From: a virus
Taxonomy: Duplodnaviria; Caudoviricetes
Length of the DNA stretch: 58,656 nt
Virus record (IMG/VR): IMGVR_UViG_3300033475_000026
Location: 1 to 58,656 of that record
Reading direction: 5' to 3' (one strand)
The notes beneath the pieces were generated by a model. It did not search any database. It was not told the origin of the DNA and was given only the letters and a program-made list of their open reading frames with translations. Below, in pieces: positions 44,318 to 52,552 of this stretch. The number at the start of each line of letters is the position of its first letter. The stretch's first letter is position 1. A program made the position numbers and the translations under genes.

Positions 44318-44357
44318 TTACACCCATCCCCGCTCTATCTCTCCCCGCTGCATACTT

Positions 44358-44387
44358 GGGCCGCCGTCTCCTTCAGTGGGGGCGGCT
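44358..44387. terminator. Hairpin between convergent transcription units
   Basis: GCCGCC...GGCGGC stem. Confidence 0.45.
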
Positions 44388-44754
44388 AGTAGCGATCACC
44401 CACCATCGCCCGCGCCATCTTCTCGGCGAGGTCGGAGATCAATGCTTCCCGCTTATCGCCCGTGAATAGGCGCTCCGCGACCTCGGCGAACAGTCCCTTG
44501 ACCTGAGCCTGAAACTCGCCGTCCGCCGCCAGTTGCTCGCGGGCGAACTTCTCGGCCTGGGAGCGAACGGCCGAGTTGAACGCCTCCTGAAGTGGCGATT
44601 TCCGGTCGCGGTCATAGCTTCCCATTCCGCCAGTCGGCTTGGTGATCAGATCCTTCACAGCCGCTTGCAGAATGGCTTCCCGCGCTTCCGGCGTAAGCGT
44701 GTCAAGGATCGCCTTCGCGACAATCGGCTCAAGATTCACATCGGTAAGGTTCAT
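44386..44754 (-). CDS. Hypothetical protein
   Basis: AAGGA RBS; helical protein. Confidence 0.7.
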   Translation of the reverse strand: MNLTDVNLEPIVAKAILDTLTPEAREAILQAAVKDLITKPTGGMGSYDRDRKSPLQEAFNSAVRSQAEKFAREQLAADGEFQAQVKGLFAEVAERLFTGDKREALISDLAEKMARAMVGDRY

Positions 44755-44794
44755 GGGGTTTCCTTTAGTAGGGGGGGATGGTCCCGGTTGCGCT

Positions 44795-45304
44795 TCAGGG
44801 TGCCTTCGGATCGTGGGGCGTCCCGCCATAAGCGAGACGGTCGTAGACCTCGCGAAGCTGGCCCTCGTCGTCGATGTTCGTCTCCATGCAGGCGAACGAG
44901 GTGGTCATGTCCCAGACGCGGTGATCGACCTCGGTCAGCTCTGAGAACAGCGAGCCGAAGACTGGAAACTCATCAGCCATATATCCGAGCACTGCCGTCA
45001 CACGCTGCTGTCCGTCGAGCAACCATGCGTCGTGAGGGCTGTGCATGTCTTCGGTGCGGTTATAGATGAACACCCCGATTGGGAGGTCCATCCAGCAGCT
45101 TTCCACGAACCGGACCTTCTGCTTTTCGGTCCAGACCGGCGGGCGCTGAAAAGGCGGCAGCACGAACCATCCGAGTTGGCGCTCACCCTCCGTCAGCGGC
45201 GCCAAGCGCATCTGATGCTTGCCGGACAGAAAGGCCATGGTCGTTTGGCGCGTGGTCGCGCGGAACCATGAGTCGGGAATGCGGCGTCGCTTGATGGCGC
45301 TCAC
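44795..45304 (-). CDS. Stand-alone DUF262 (ParB/Srx-fold) protein
   Basis: LPPFQRPPVW...FVES...LPIG...LLDGQQRVTA. Confidence 0.85.
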   Translation of the reverse strand: MSAIKRRRIPDSWFRATTRQTTMAFLSGKHQMRLAPLTEGERQLGWFVLPPFQRPPVWTEKQKVRFVESCWMDLPIGVFIYNRTEDMHSPHDAWLLDGQQRVTAVLGYMADEFPVFGSLFSELTEVDHRVWDMTTSFACMETNIDDEGQLREVYDRLAYGGTPHDPKAP

Positions 45305-45624
45305 GATGCTTTGCTCCTATAGCGCTCAACGAACCGGGCGTGCATCACTTCGGCTTCCGCCCATGTTGAGCATCGCTCCATATCGCCATCATCATCGCCG
45401 GGGCTGAAGACCATAGTCTCGAACAGCAGCGGCGGACCCTCGCCGAAATTGTGATCCAAGCCGAGGAAGACCGTGCTGATGCGGTAGGGACCGACGTCAT
45501 CGGCGCCAACGCGACGCGCCTCAGCGTCACCGAACATCCTTGCCCAGATCTCCAGATCATCGCACGGGATCGCTTCGTGGCGGTCGTTCAGAACGTACTT
45601 GTCGCTCACGGCGCTTGCCTCCAT
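45301..45624 (-). CDS. Phage hypothetical protein
   Basis: ISTVFLGLDHNFG.GPPLLFETMVF...RCSTW.EA...H. Confidence 0.75.
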   Translation of the reverse strand: MEASAVSDKYVLNDRHEAIPCDDLEIWARMFGDAEARRVGADDVGPYRISTVFLGLDHNFGEGPPLLFETMVFSPGDDDGDMERCSTWAEAEVMHARFVERYRSKAS

Positions 45625-45651
45625 GTGTGATGTAGGTTAAACCACATATCT

Positions 45652-45840
45652 ATGGACGAGGCAAGTGGGGTTAAACCGAAAAAGCGCGGCCGACCGGCCT
45701 CAGGGGGGCGCGATCCGTTCGTTGGCGTGCGCCTTCCCGCCGAGACCCTTGCGAGGATCGACGCCACTGGGCCTCGCTCGGTTTTCATCCGAGAAGCTGT
45801 CGACCGCGAACTCAAGCGCCGCGAGAAGACCAAGCCCTAG
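45652..45840 (+). CDS. Ribbon-helix-helix regulator
   Basis: KKRGRPA.GG.DP.VGVRLP.E.L..ID....RS.FIREAV. Confidence 0.8.
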   Translation: MDEASGVKPKKRGRPASGGRDPFVGVRLPAETLARIDATGPRSVFIREAVDRELKRREKTKP

Positions 45841-46027
45841 CCCCCGCCAAGCCTGTTCAAACCCAGCCGTTTATGCCATGGTGAGGATGCTGCGATGCGG
45901 TCTTGTAGGAGCGCACTGCGTGGGATTCGACGGATGCTGGCCTCGGCTGGCTCTGCGGCTTAAACTATCGAGCCTGACCTACCCGGAGACGTCTGGGGCA
46001 TCGCAGCATTCTCCCCTCGCCAAGCCT

Positions 46028-46276
46028 CTATCTCCACCACGGCCCAGTCTCCCAGACCCTGACCCCACACTCACAGTCACTCCGAGCATACCTCGCCACC
46101 TCTCGGATCGGTGTTGACCATCCCCCGACCTTCCGGCGCTGAAGGTCTGCCACTACGACCTCGAACGGCAAGTCGCGATGACGGCCGCAGGCGATGCAGG
46201 AGAAGCGGGCGCCGCAACACCGGTGCTGTCCGGCGAGGGTTGAGAGGGGGAGGCCGGGGTCTTGGGTGGGGCGCAA
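46028..46276 (-). CDS. Small zinc-binding protein, candidate SOS-induced antirepressor
   Basis: CIAC...CEC; GGAG RBS before TTG; LexA box upstream. Confidence 0.55.
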   Translation of the reverse strand: MRPTQDPGLPLSTLAGQHRCCGARFSCIACGRHRDLPFEVVVADLQRRKVGGWSTPIREVARYARSDCECGVRVWETGPWWR

Positions 46277-46318
46277 AACCGTCAGACTCCGTCGAAAACC
46301 CCAGGCGTTCCGGGGCGT

Positions 46319-46333
46319 GAACTGATCGGGAAC
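46319..46333 (-). promoter_or_regulatory. Alphaproteobacterial LexA box GTTC-N7-GTTC
   Basis: Plus strand GAAC-TGATCGG-GAAC. Confidence 0.65.
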
Positions 46334-46370
46334 AGTTGGACGGCCGCCAGCAAAATCAAGGGCCACCATG

Positions 46371-46418
46371 CGACTTTTAATCGAATGGTCGTGAGTTCGA
46401 ACCTCACCCGGCCTACCA
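46371..46418 (+). other. attP core: 3' half of tRNA-Lys(UUU)
   Basis: CGA-CTTTTAA-TCG anticodon arm, GTGAG-TTCGAAC-CTCAC T-arm, CCA end; next to the integrase; flanking CCGTC(AGAC/GAAAAC/CAAC) arm-type repeats. Confidence 0.88.
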
Positions 46419-46481
46419 TAACTCTTTGAAGTTATGGATTAATTTTCCGTCGAAAACGTATCGTCGCCGACCGTCCAACAT

Positions 46482-47630
46482 TCATCCGACCTCGCCGTCA
46501 GACCTTCGCGCCCGATTGGTTCCCACGAAGCCGCGCCGACGCTGGGCTTTCAGGGCCAAATCGCTGTCGCGCGGGAGGTAGTGGGAGAGGATCGCGGCGG
46601 CGCCAGCCGGCGAGTGGCCGGTGACGCTGGCGATCTCCGGGATGCCCGAGCCCTTGCGCGCCATCTGGACAACGCAGCTATGGCGGAGCGCGCGCAGGAC
46701 CAGGTGGGGACCGCCGGACGCCTTGCGGATGTCGGCGAAGACGTGGCCCAGGCGCTGCTCCGCCCAGGGCTTGCCGGTGGCCTTGTCGGTGAAGAGGTAG
46801 GGACTATCGGGGTCCTTGATCTCGTCCAGCAGGTCCTGCAGTTCGTCGTCTACGCGGACGGTGACATAGGCCTCGGTCTTCGATTGCCAGAAGCGGAAGG
46901 CCCCGGCTTTGTATTCGGCGCCACGCCGGAACAGCCGGGCGTCGGTGACGCGCTGGCCGATCTGCCAGAGGGTCAGGATCATCGCCGCGACCGCCGGCTG
47001 GCCATAGTCCACCGCGGCCTTGCGGTAGAAGTCCACGTCAGCCTTTTCCCAAATCGTGACCTTGGACTTGGGCGCGCCCATCTTCACGGTGGCGAGCGGG
47101 TTCGTGGTCCGCCACTCCAGCTGCATCGCGCGGTCGAGGAGCATCGAGAAGACGATCTTGAGATGGCGCCGCGTGGTCGGCCGGTCATCGAAATGGCGCA
47201 GGAACGCCTCGATCGGCTCCAGCTTCAGGCTCGACACGGGCGGATGGCCGACCGCCTTGGACCAGGCTTCGATCAGCCCGGCGTGGTAGATGTAGCCCTG
47301 CTGGGTCTTGGGCTTCTTGTCGCGGAAGCGCTGGGTCTGCTGCCAGGAGCGGATCAGCTCGGGCATGGACCTGGCCGGCGGACCGATCTCGCGACCCAGG
47401 CGCGCGGCGCGGAGCTTGTTCAGGAGGTGCTTGGCGTCGGCCTGGATGCGGCCCACCTCGGCGGCGTCGTTCAGATCGCCCCGCCGCTCACCGTTGACCG
47501 GAAGGGGTATCGCCGGCGACCAGCCGGAGGGCCGGAGCCTTGCCGGGACCTCGAACAGCACGCGCGCCGTCCCGTCCTTGCGGTAGCGGATGGTCACGTA
47601 GCGGCCGAGATCTAGCTGCACGATAGGCAT
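46482..47630 (-). CDS. int: Tyrosine integrase (start may be at 47666)
   Basis: GQRVTD (R), QSKT (K), RALRHS, TGH, SHYL (Y). Confidence 0.92.
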   Translation of the reverse strand: MPIVQLDLGRYVTIRYRKDGTARVLFEVPARLRPSGWSPAIPLPVNGERRGDLNDAAEVGRIQADAKHLLNKLRAARLGREIGPPARSMPELIRSWQQTQRFRDKKPKTQQGYIYHAGLIEAWSKAVGHPPVSSLKLEPIEAFLRHFDDRPTTRRHLKIVFSMLLDRAMQLEWRTTNPLATVKMGAPKSKVTIWEKADVDFYRKAAVDYGQPAVAAMILTLWQIGQRVTDARLFRRGAEYKAGAFRFWQSKTEAYVTVRVDDELQDLLDEIKDPDSPYLFTDKATGKPWAEQRLGHVFADIRKASGGPHLVLRALRHSCVVQMARKGSGIPEIASVTGHSPAGAAAILSHYLPRDSDLALKAQRRRGFVGTNRARRSDGEVG

Positions 47631-47892
47631 CGGGCTCGAATTTCCAGGGGTCGCCTTGCGAGGCATCGGAGGCTCCATCCGTGGTGAGGCCAAGCGCCTT
47701 GAGAACGTCCGCCCGGTCGAAAACTGTGGATCGACCGCCCTGGACGGTGGACGGTTTGAGCCAGGCCGGGTCCTGCCGGCGCTTGCGCATGAGGGTGGCC
47801 AGCGAGAAGCGGCCCAGCTGGCACACCTCAGCCGTCGTCATCCGCAGCGGCAGATGATCCGGGTCGAGAGCGATGCGGGCCAGGTCAGCCAT
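47488..47892 (-). CDS. xis: Excisionase-like HTH protein overlapping int
   Basis: MTTAEVCQLGRFSLATL...FDRADV. Confidence 0.7.
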   Translation of the reverse strand: MADLARIALDPDHLPLRMTTAEVCQLGRFSLATLMRKRRQDPAWLKPSTVQGGRSTVFDRADVLKALGLTTDGASDASQGDPWKFEPDAYRAARSRPLRDHPLPQGRDGARAVRGPGKAPALRLVAGDTPSGQR

Positions 47893-49108
47893 CAGCCTTC
47901 GCCTCGCTGGATTGAGTTGGATGGGGGTCCTTGAAGAGCTGATCGCTCGTCGCGCTTATCCGGCTGCTCCTGCGAGCGATTGACCGGCTTTCATCTGCAT
48001 GAGGCTGAGCGCTCAGCCCGATCCTGAGGATGTTCAGCGCTGCGTTGCGGTCACGATCGTGCTCCGCCCCGCAGTCCGAACAGACCCAGGACCTCATTCC
48101 AAGCGCACCCATGCCTTTCGGGCTGCTGGCGGGGATGGTCCCGCAAGCCGAGCACACCTGGGAAGTGAAACGCTCGTCGACCTCTACGAACCGGGCTCCG
48201 TGCCTGCTGGCCTTGTAGCGGAGCTGGGATCGGAACATCGACCAACCTGCGTCGAGCACGGACTTGGCCATCCGGGTCTTTGCTAGCTGGCCAGCGTCCA
48301 CGTTGCCGACAGCGATGAACTCGTAGGACTTGGCGATTCTGGTCGTCGCCTTGTGGATATGATCTTTGCGGATGTTGGCGATCCTGGCGTGGATCGCGCG
48401 CGTCCGCCGCTTGTTGCCGGCGCGTTGGGCGACCCCCAGGCGATGTTCATATTCGCGATATGACCGCAGAGCCTCGACAGTCGATCCGTCGCTCAGGTGG
48501 GCTACGGTCTTGAGGCCCAAGTCGATGCCGACTGCTGCAGTGCTAGCGCTCTCGGCTTGCTGAACCTCGCACTGTAGGGTCAACCACCATCGGCCCTGCG
48601 CGTCTTCGACAAAAGCGCCCGACTTGAACTTTGGCGGTAGCGGCCGGCTCTTGGTCCCAAAGACCCGGATTGGCTTGCCCAGGTAGACCAAGGCGCCGTC
48701 CTTCATGGGCTGGAACCGTCCTTTGAAAGGAACCCAGCCAAGCGCTCGCCTGCGGCCGCCTGAGGCCCGGAACCGTGGTGCGCGTCTAGCGGCGTCTCGC
48801 GCAACGGCAAAGGTGCGGCAGACCTCGCCGATTGTGTCTGATCGAATGCCCAACTCGGTCGACACGCCAGTCGTGAGCATTGTCAGATCGAAGTGTGAAG
48901 CCCAGCGCCGCTTGGGCGCACCGGCGCGATAGCGAGCCTCACAATCGCGCTGCAGGGCTACGGCGTAGTTCCAGATTTGATTGCAGCCCCAGGCGTAGGC
49001 GCGGAGTGCCTTGCGCGCAGACTTGTCCTTGATCCTGTACTTGTAGGTGAGGATCATTGTCGGCGTCGCCTTCTCAGCCGCACTCTTGAGCCCTTCGAGA
49101 TCGGTCAC
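47885..49108 (-). CDS. tnpB: TnpB-family RNA-guided nuclease, orphan, rearranged RuvC-II (internal ATG at 49057)
   Basis: TYKYRI, NQIWN, GIDLGLK, IAVGN, DAGWSMF..QL.YK, VDERFTSQ.CS.C, W.C..CG..HDRD.NAA.NI; no tnpA. Confidence 0.9.
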   Translation of the reverse strand: MTDLEGLKSAAEKATPTMILTYKYRIKDKSARKALRAYAWGCNQIWNYAVALQRDCEARYRAGAPKRRWASHFDLTMLTTGVSTELGIRSDTIGEVCRTFAVARDAARRAPRFRASGGRRRALGWVPFKGRFQPMKDGALVYLGKPIRVFGTKSRPLPPKFKSGAFVEDAQGRWWLTLQCEVQQAESASTAAVGIDLGLKTVAHLSDGSTVEALRSYREYEHRLGVAQRAGNKRRTRAIHARIANIRKDHIHKATTRIAKSYEFIAVGNVDAGQLAKTRMAKSVLDAGWSMFRSQLRYKASRHGARFVEVDERFTSQVCSACGTIPASSPKGMGALGMRSWVCSDCGAEHDRDRNAALNILRIGLSAQPHADESRSIARRSSRISATSDQLFKDPHPTQSSEAKADG

Positions 49109-49263
49109 GGCAGAAGCCCTCCACTCGACCTGACGGCGGACAGCTCGTCTTCCTCGTCCTCTTCCAGATCGACACAGGTCGGGCAGAGGTCGTCGTCGAG
49201 GACACCGGCCGGGTGCTCTTCGCCGCATCGGCGGCAGGACACAAACTCTTCGGGCTCGCTCAT
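49105..49263 (-). CDS. Small zinc-finger protein with acidic tail
   Basis: CRRC...CPTC...EEDEEDE; coupled overlaps. Confidence 0.6.
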   Translation of the reverse strand: MSEPEEFVSCRRCGEEHPAGVLDDDLCPTCVDLEEDEEDELSAVRSSGGLLP

Positions 49264-49679
49264 TTCGTGGTCCTCCCTGGGCCTAGATCAGCACCTGTGG
49301 GGGTGGGGGTGGGACTGCCGAGGGCCTTAGCCATGGCCTCGCGGACCTCTTCACGGGTGACGGAGCCCAGCACCGAGAAGCACGGGTCGGTGCTCACGAA
49401 TTGCAGCACCCTGAGCAGTTCGGGCGCAGCCGCAATCAAGCGGGCGTTGGCGACCCCTTCGGCGTGGTCGAACGCTTCATCTTCAAGCCGAGTCACCACG
49501 ATGGCGAAGTCCGACCAGTTAGCGCCTGACACGCCAGTCCAGCCGGGCGGCATTTGCTCCCCGTTCACGAAGCAGGTGGCGGTTTCGAGATGCCACGGCC
49601 CCGGCGTATGCACACCCCTGGTGCGACGGGGGCCGATCAGTTCGACTGGACCCGGGAGGGACATATCTTCCTTGTTCAT
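49260..49679 (-). CDS. HTPGPW...LIAAAP-family phage protein; both ends encoded by cassette repeats
   Basis: HTPGPW, ANARLIAAAPELL. Confidence 0.75.
   Translation of the reverse strand: MNKEDMSLPGPVELIGPRRTRGVHTPGPWHLETATCFVNGEQMPPGWTGVSGANWSDFAIVVTRLEDEAFDHAEGVANARLIAAAPELLRVLQFVSTDPCFSVLGSVTREEVREAMAKALGSPTPTPTGADLGPGRTTK
49269..49662. mobile_element. Candidate cassette bounded by GGTCCTCCCTGGGCC / GGACCCGGGAGGGAC
   Basis: Inverted repeat pair inside the two ends of one gene. Confidence 0.5.
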
Positions 49680-49873
49680 GGGCCTTTATCCTGGGGCTGA
49701 TCGGAGGTGGAAAAGGCTCTGCGCTCTTTCATCCGCATGATGATCCGATCCAGAGCGGCGCGGGCGTCATAGTCGTCGTCCAGAAGCCACGCCTCGTAGG
49801 AGCCGATCGCCTCGTCCACGATGTCGGCGAACCTGCCGCGTTCCTGTTGATGGCGCACGTAAGGCTCACCCAC
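49676..49873 (-). CDS. Hypothetical protein
   Basis: GGAGG before GTG; coupled. Confidence 0.5.
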   Translation of the reverse strand: MGEPYVRHQQERGRFADIVDEAIGSYEAWLLDDDYDARAALDRIIMRMKERRAFSTSDQPQDKGP

Positions 49874-50084
49874 GGTCGACCTCCTTGAGCAGGGCGCGGC
49901 CGGCGTCGGTGATGCGCGTGAAAAGGCTTCTGCCTTCGGTGTGCGGATCGCAGACGAGGCCCATCCTGGCGAGCGACAGAACGAGCCGTTGCTCTTCCGC
50001 GCCCCGCACATAGAGGCCGTGGGGTCGAAGCGCGACCATGCCCAGCATGACGTGCTCTTCCTCAGTCAGCTTCACGCCGCTCAT
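49866..50084 (-). CDS. Small winged-helix-like protein
   Basis: SLARMGLV...ITDAGRALL. Confidence 0.65.
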   Translation of the reverse strand: MSGVKLTEEEHVMLGMVALRPHGLYVRGAEEQRLVLSLARMGLVCDPHTEGRSLFTRITDAGRALLKEVDRG

Positions 50085-50398
50085 CTGTCCTGCTCCTGGG
50101 GGATGGGGGAGAGGGCGGAGGCCGCGATCTTGTCGATGTCTTCGAGCGTCGACTTCGGGACCGTGGGCGAGCTGTGTTGAAGCTCGAACGCGACGTTCTG
50201 CCGGACGGCGACAAGCGCCTCTCCTCGCGCCCGATGGGAGGCGATCAGGAGGCGGAGGTCGGCGGCGTGCTGAATGGCCTCGGGATACCAGCCGGGCACC
50301 TTCTCGACGTGCCGCTCGATCTCGGTCGCGCGCTTCTCCAACCGCTCTACAGCGGCTTGAAGCTCTTCCCTGTCAGCCGGGATGGGGTAGGGGCTCAT
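50081..50398 (-). CDS. Hypothetical protein
   Basis: GAGGA RBS; coupled. Confidence 0.6.
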   Translation of the reverse strand: MSPYPIPADREELQAAVERLEKRATEIERHVEKVPGWYPEAIQHAADLRLLIASHRARGEALVAVRQNVAFELQHSSPTVPKSTLEDIDKIAASALSPIPQEQDR

Positions 50399-50802
50399 GC
50401 TGTCCTCGTGGGGATGAAGCGGCGGAACCCGCGCGACTGGATCTTTCGACCCTGAGGCCATTCGTTCCGTGATTTGAGGCTGGACACTGGGGCGCCCTCA
50501 GTCTCACGCTTGATGATCCGGTTGGCCTTGGCCTGGGCTTTACGGTCGGCCTTGGTCTTCGCCGCGTGACAGGAGGTGCACTTGCCCAGCCAATTTGAGG
50601 GCTCGTGCCTTCCGCCAATTGCACGGCTGATCACGTGATCGATTTCCCAGCGACCGGTCAGCGGCTCTTCACAGTCGGAGCACTGACCGGACTGGGCTTC
50701 GAACACAGCCCTGCGCTGGGCGGGCGTGAACGACTTCCGCGTCTCGATCTCAACGATGGCCTGGCGTAGCTCGGCGAGCTTGGTGGCAATGGGAGCTTTC
50801 AC
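50395..50802 (-). CDS. HNH endonuclease
   Basis: CSDC...EIDHVI....GG....N....C..CH..KT. Confidence 0.85.
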   Translation of the reverse strand: MKAPIATKLAELRQAIVEIETRKSFTPAQRRAVFEAQSGQCSDCEEPLTGRWEIDHVISRAIGGRHEPSNWLGKCTSCHAAKTKADRKAQAKANRIIKRETEGAPVSSLKSRNEWPQGRKIQSRGFRRFIPTRTA

Positions 50803-51623
50803 AGCAATCTCCCGAGAGATTGCATGTAGTCGATCGGGTCCTTGGCGTTCTTGCGGACATTGCAGGTCCGGCAGAGAAGCTGGATGTTCCGCGCCTCATG
50901 AAGGCCGCCCCTGGCGAGCGGAACCACGTGATCCATGTGGTAGCCATGCTTGAGGTTGATACGGCAGATTGCGCAGCGCCATCCTTGGGCTTCGCCGATC
51001 CGCGGAATGGTGCCCCACGGCAAGCGGCCAAGCTTGCGCCCCAGGCGACGCCGCGAGGATTCTCGGGATTTGTGCGGGTTGCGCTTCCGATATGCCCGCA
51101 ATCTGGCGGCGGACTTACCGCTATCGCGCAGCCGCGCCCTCTGGGCTTCGTAGCCGCCCTTCCATGAGGCGCTCTCAGGCCCCCGTGGTCGCCGGATAAG
51201 TCCGGCGGCTGACATCGCTCCCGTAATCTGCTTTGCCAGTGCTTTTGCCTCAGGACTGTTTAGCGCTTCCTGAGCCGCGCTGTTGCACGCTTGGCGGCAG
51301 AAGCGCCCCTGTCCTAAGCGGATTTGGCGTGGCCGCGGAATGAAGCTGGCGCCGCAGGTTTCGCAGTTCCGGCGCCGCGCTTCACGCTCTTCGGCGCGTG
51401 CGGCTGCGGTGCATCTAGGTCCGCAGCGCCGGTACATCCCAACCTTGGATTGGGGCAACCACATAGAGCGAAGACATACGTTGCAAGTCACGTGTACCTT
51501 CGTCTCATCCTCCACGAACCTCAGCTCGTACCAGGTGACCCGTTTTGTCGGCCGTGACGCGCTGGCGATCTCAGCCTTGGCGGCGGCGATGCGGTCTCTG
51601 CGTTCCTTGTCGAGCTGGATCAT
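50799..51623 (-). CDS. HNH endonuclease with N-terminal zinc fingers (homing type)
   Basis: CETCG..F......GRFC...C; CAIC...HMDHVVPLARGG.H...NIQLLC..CN..K. Confidence 0.85.
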   Translation of the reverse strand: MIQLDKERRDRIAAAKAEIASASRPTKRVTWYELRFVEDETKVHVTCNVCLRSMWLPQSKVGMYRRCGPRCTAAARAEEREARRRNCETCGASFIPRPRQIRLGQGRFCRQACNSAAQEALNSPEAKALAKQITGAMSAAGLIRRPRGPESASWKGGYEAQRARLRDSGKSAARLRAYRKRNPHKSRESSRRRLGRKLGRLPWGTIPRIGEAQGWRCAICRINLKHGYHMDHVVPLARGGLHEARNIQLLCRTCNVRKNAKDPIDYMQSLGRLL

Positions 51624-51844
51624 TTGAACGCATCCGGAAAGACCATCACGAAATAGGGGTCGGGCTCCTCGCCGCACTTGAAGGCGATCACGGCTTCGGC
51701 CAGGCCTTCCCCGAGCGATTGTTCGCGGGCTGGTCGCAGCTCGCGCGCGGCCTTCTTCCCGTGCTTCGCCTTGGCGTGCTGATAGCGGGCGTTCTCGTCG
51801 GCGAAGCTGGCGGTGCAGTGGGGGCAATGGACGTCGCGCATCAC
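51620..51844 (-). CDS. C2H2-like zinc-finger protein
   Basis: CPHC...F...NARYQHAKAKH. Confidence 0.7.
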   Translation of the reverse strand: MMRDVHCPHCTASFADENARYQHAKAKHGKKAARELRPAREQSLGEGLAEAVIAFKCGEEPDPYFVMVFPDAFK

Positions 51845-51993
51845 TTGGCCCCTCTGCGGATCGACGCAAACAAGGCCTGCATTCGGTTGCGCTGACAGGT
51901 CGGACAGCCTCCCGGATAGCGCATCGCGTCATAGTTCGTGCCGCAACTCAGGCACTTCGACTTGCGACCCTTTGATTGCTGGCGCTTTCCCAT
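51841..51993 (-). CDS. Small zinc-ribbon protein
   Basis: Translated by hand: MGKRQQ...CLSCG...CPTC...GAK*. Confidence 0.5.
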   Translation of the reverse strand: MGKRQQSKGRKSKCLSCGTNYDAMRYPGGCPTCQRNRMQALFASIRRGAK

Positions 51994-51994
51994 G

Positions 51995-52552
51995 TCAGGC
52001 AGCTCGGACGGCGCTACGAACGCCGCCCGCTCCCTGCCCTGCCGATGAAAGCTGTTCGGGGCTGATCCCCAGCATATCGGAGATCAGTTCGAGGATAGCC
52101 CGCTTGGAGGCGTTGAAGTCCTTCCCGCCCATGGCCCGATAGGATTGCGACTTCGCCTCGCGCATGATCACAAACACGCCGCGCACGAACACCAGGCGGA
52201 AATCGTCCATCGCCCGGATCGCCGCGGCGACGCGGATCGCGGCGGCATTGGTCCCGGCGTCGATAACCGTCTCGTGGTAGTATCCGGCGTCGATCAGGGC
52301 GCGTTTGCGGAGGTGTTCGGGCGACGGATATTGGTCGGCGACCGACTCCGGCAGCGTCTTCCAGGCTTCCTTGATCCAGGCGAACTCGTGGCCATGGGTC
52401 TTGTCGGATCGCTGGGGCTCGATGCTCAGCCAATATGCGGCGCCACCCGTGAAGGTCTCGGCGGCGCGGCGGCGGAAGCGCGGAACGGCCGTCAGCGTCT
52501 CGGCTTCCGCGTCCCAGGTGAAAGCCATGGCGGCGGGGTTGTCGGTCATCAA
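51995..52552 (-). CDS. NinB/DUF1367-like recombination accessory protein
   Basis: RS...H...FA....AW..LPE...PSPEHLRK.ALI.AGY...AKSQS..AM. Confidence 0.65.
   Translation of the reverse strand: MMTDNPAAMAFTWDAEAETLTAVPRFRRRAAETFTGGAAYWLSIEPQRSDKTHGHEFAWIKEAWKTLPESVADQYPSPEHLRKRALIDAGYYHETVIDAGTNAAAIRVAAAIRAMDDFRLVFVRGVFVIMREAKSQSYRAMGGKDFNASKRAILELISDMLGISPEQLSSAGQGAGGVRSAVRAA

Noticed and set aside
46371-46418. Functional tRNA-Lys gene
   Set aside because: The 5' acceptor strand and D-arm are absent; position beside the integrase fits an attP core
47885-49108. Nuclease-dead TldR-type repressor, or an intact IS605 element
   Set aside because: The missing RuvC-II E is plausibly compensated by the E in VDERFTS, so inactivity cannot be claimed; there is no tnpA and no clear end hairpins
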